From an uncultured cyanobacterium (GTDB taxonomy: Bacteria; Cyanobacteriota; Cyanobacteriia; Cyanobacteriales; CAWUOF01), in contig CAVUSO010000001.1 in the NCBI GenBank assembly GCA_963744145.1, forward strand, positions 4,096,001 to 4,160,000: a DNA stretch of 64,000 bases, written 5' to 3'. Below, piece after piece: positions 62,982 to 64,000 of the stretch (its first letter is position 1; every line of letters begins with the position of its first letter). The position numbers were made by a program, and so were the translations under genes. Under the pieces are notes generated by a model, which was not told the origin of the DNA, did no database searches, and saw only the letters and a list, made by a program, of their open reading frames with translations.

Positions 62982-63810
62982 TTAATCTAAAGTTTTTAAC
63001 ATGGTTTTTAACATATCCACAATAATTTGTTGAGGATTATTCAGAATGAAATACTTATAACTGGGATGGGAGTTTATTTCAATTAACCAATATTTTTGGT
63101 CCCGATCGATGGCAATATCTAAACCAGCATAAGGGATCGGAAGCTTGAAGAAAATTGGCTCTATAAATTTTTCAATTTCTGCAATTATCTTTTGGTCAGT
63201 GATCTGGATTGCTTTTGCACCTTCCCAGTGCAGAGGAGATAGATTACCAATAAATTGAGCTTCAGCTTTATTCTTTTCATACAGAAGCATTAATTTATTA
63301 TTAAAAACAATTGCCCGATATTCCTGGATAATATCAATATATTCCTGCACCAGTGCCACATAGTCAAAATTTTCATGATTGATATTAAAAATTTTGGTCA
63401 AAGATAGTTTGATTTGGTCTAGATGATCACAAAGAAATACATTAACTCCACATGAGCCAGAATTACTTTTAACAACTACTGGCATGGTAAAATTGTTGTT
63501 TATTTCTTCTAAAATTGCATCCAATATCTGCAAATTTTACATATTTTTTATATTTTTTTTTGGTGTCAGGGTATAAAAAAGCTAAAGTTTTTGGAATATT
63601 AACTAGATCCTTGATCACATGGTAAGCATAGTCTTTGTTCTTAAAGATTTCAGCAACTGATTTAGAAATAAAAGGTGTAGATAAATTAGTAAAATAGTAA
63701 AAATTATTATTAATCTTAATTCTCACTAAGCTTTGGTGAGAAGGAATTATTTCAAAATCGAGATTTAATTGTTGACAAGCTTCTACTAAAAGTCGAAGAT
63801 GAGTATTCAT
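62982..63810 (-). CDS. RimK-like ATP-grasp protein split by a +1 frameshift near 63521
   Basis: PVVVKSNSGSCG, VQEYI..QEYR and GLDI...IEINSHP motifs; removing one G joins FADI-DAILEEI. Confidence 0.78.
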
Positions 63811-64000
63811 TTTTGATGATTAATTGTGATTGATTTATTGGAACGGGTCTCAACATAACATAGATTGAGATTTAAGTCAATTCAATAATCAATAGAGCAG
63901 AAAATGCCTGATATATCACAACTTTTCACTAATTCCCAGCCTAACTGAAATTTTGAATTTGGCGCAGGAGAAATTTACTTTTGGCCTGAAACCAGATATG

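Noticed and set aside
1..64000. CRISPR array or cas genes
   Set aside because: No regularly spaced repeat-spacer run seen by eye; IscB and TnpB here are transposon-type

Overview
Cyanobacterial chromosome segment: the HIP1 octamer GCGATCGC is abundant, and crtR, ppc and cyanobacterial-type GUN4 and FHA proteins are present. Core genes (murG, hemW, crtR, tRNA-Thr(CGT), pyk, HelY-like helicase, carB, phoD, ppc) are interspersed with two accessory blocks. Block 1 (about 9.4-20.1 kb) is a defence/mobile island: a C5-MTase plus putative REase, a ScaI-like C-R-M system bracketed by a 31-bp HIP1-led direct repeat, a tnpB-only IS605-family element with a nested IS630, and a frameshifted vapBC pair. 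Block 2 (about 35-44.7 kb) holds a cyanovirin-N homologue, a sensor-less hybrid kinase, GUN4 and LprI genes, and an IscB (Cas9-ancestor, OMEGA) locus. That locus has a recognisable omegaRNA, a second IS630 inserted in the iscB gene, and ends carrying periodic TGGACA repeats instead of IS200/IS605 hairpins. The IscB element is the strongest novelty candidate. At least six genes, including ppc, are broken by single +1 insertions, suggesting sequencing indel errors, so pseudogene calls are provisional. All calls come from reading motifs by eye; no database searches were run.
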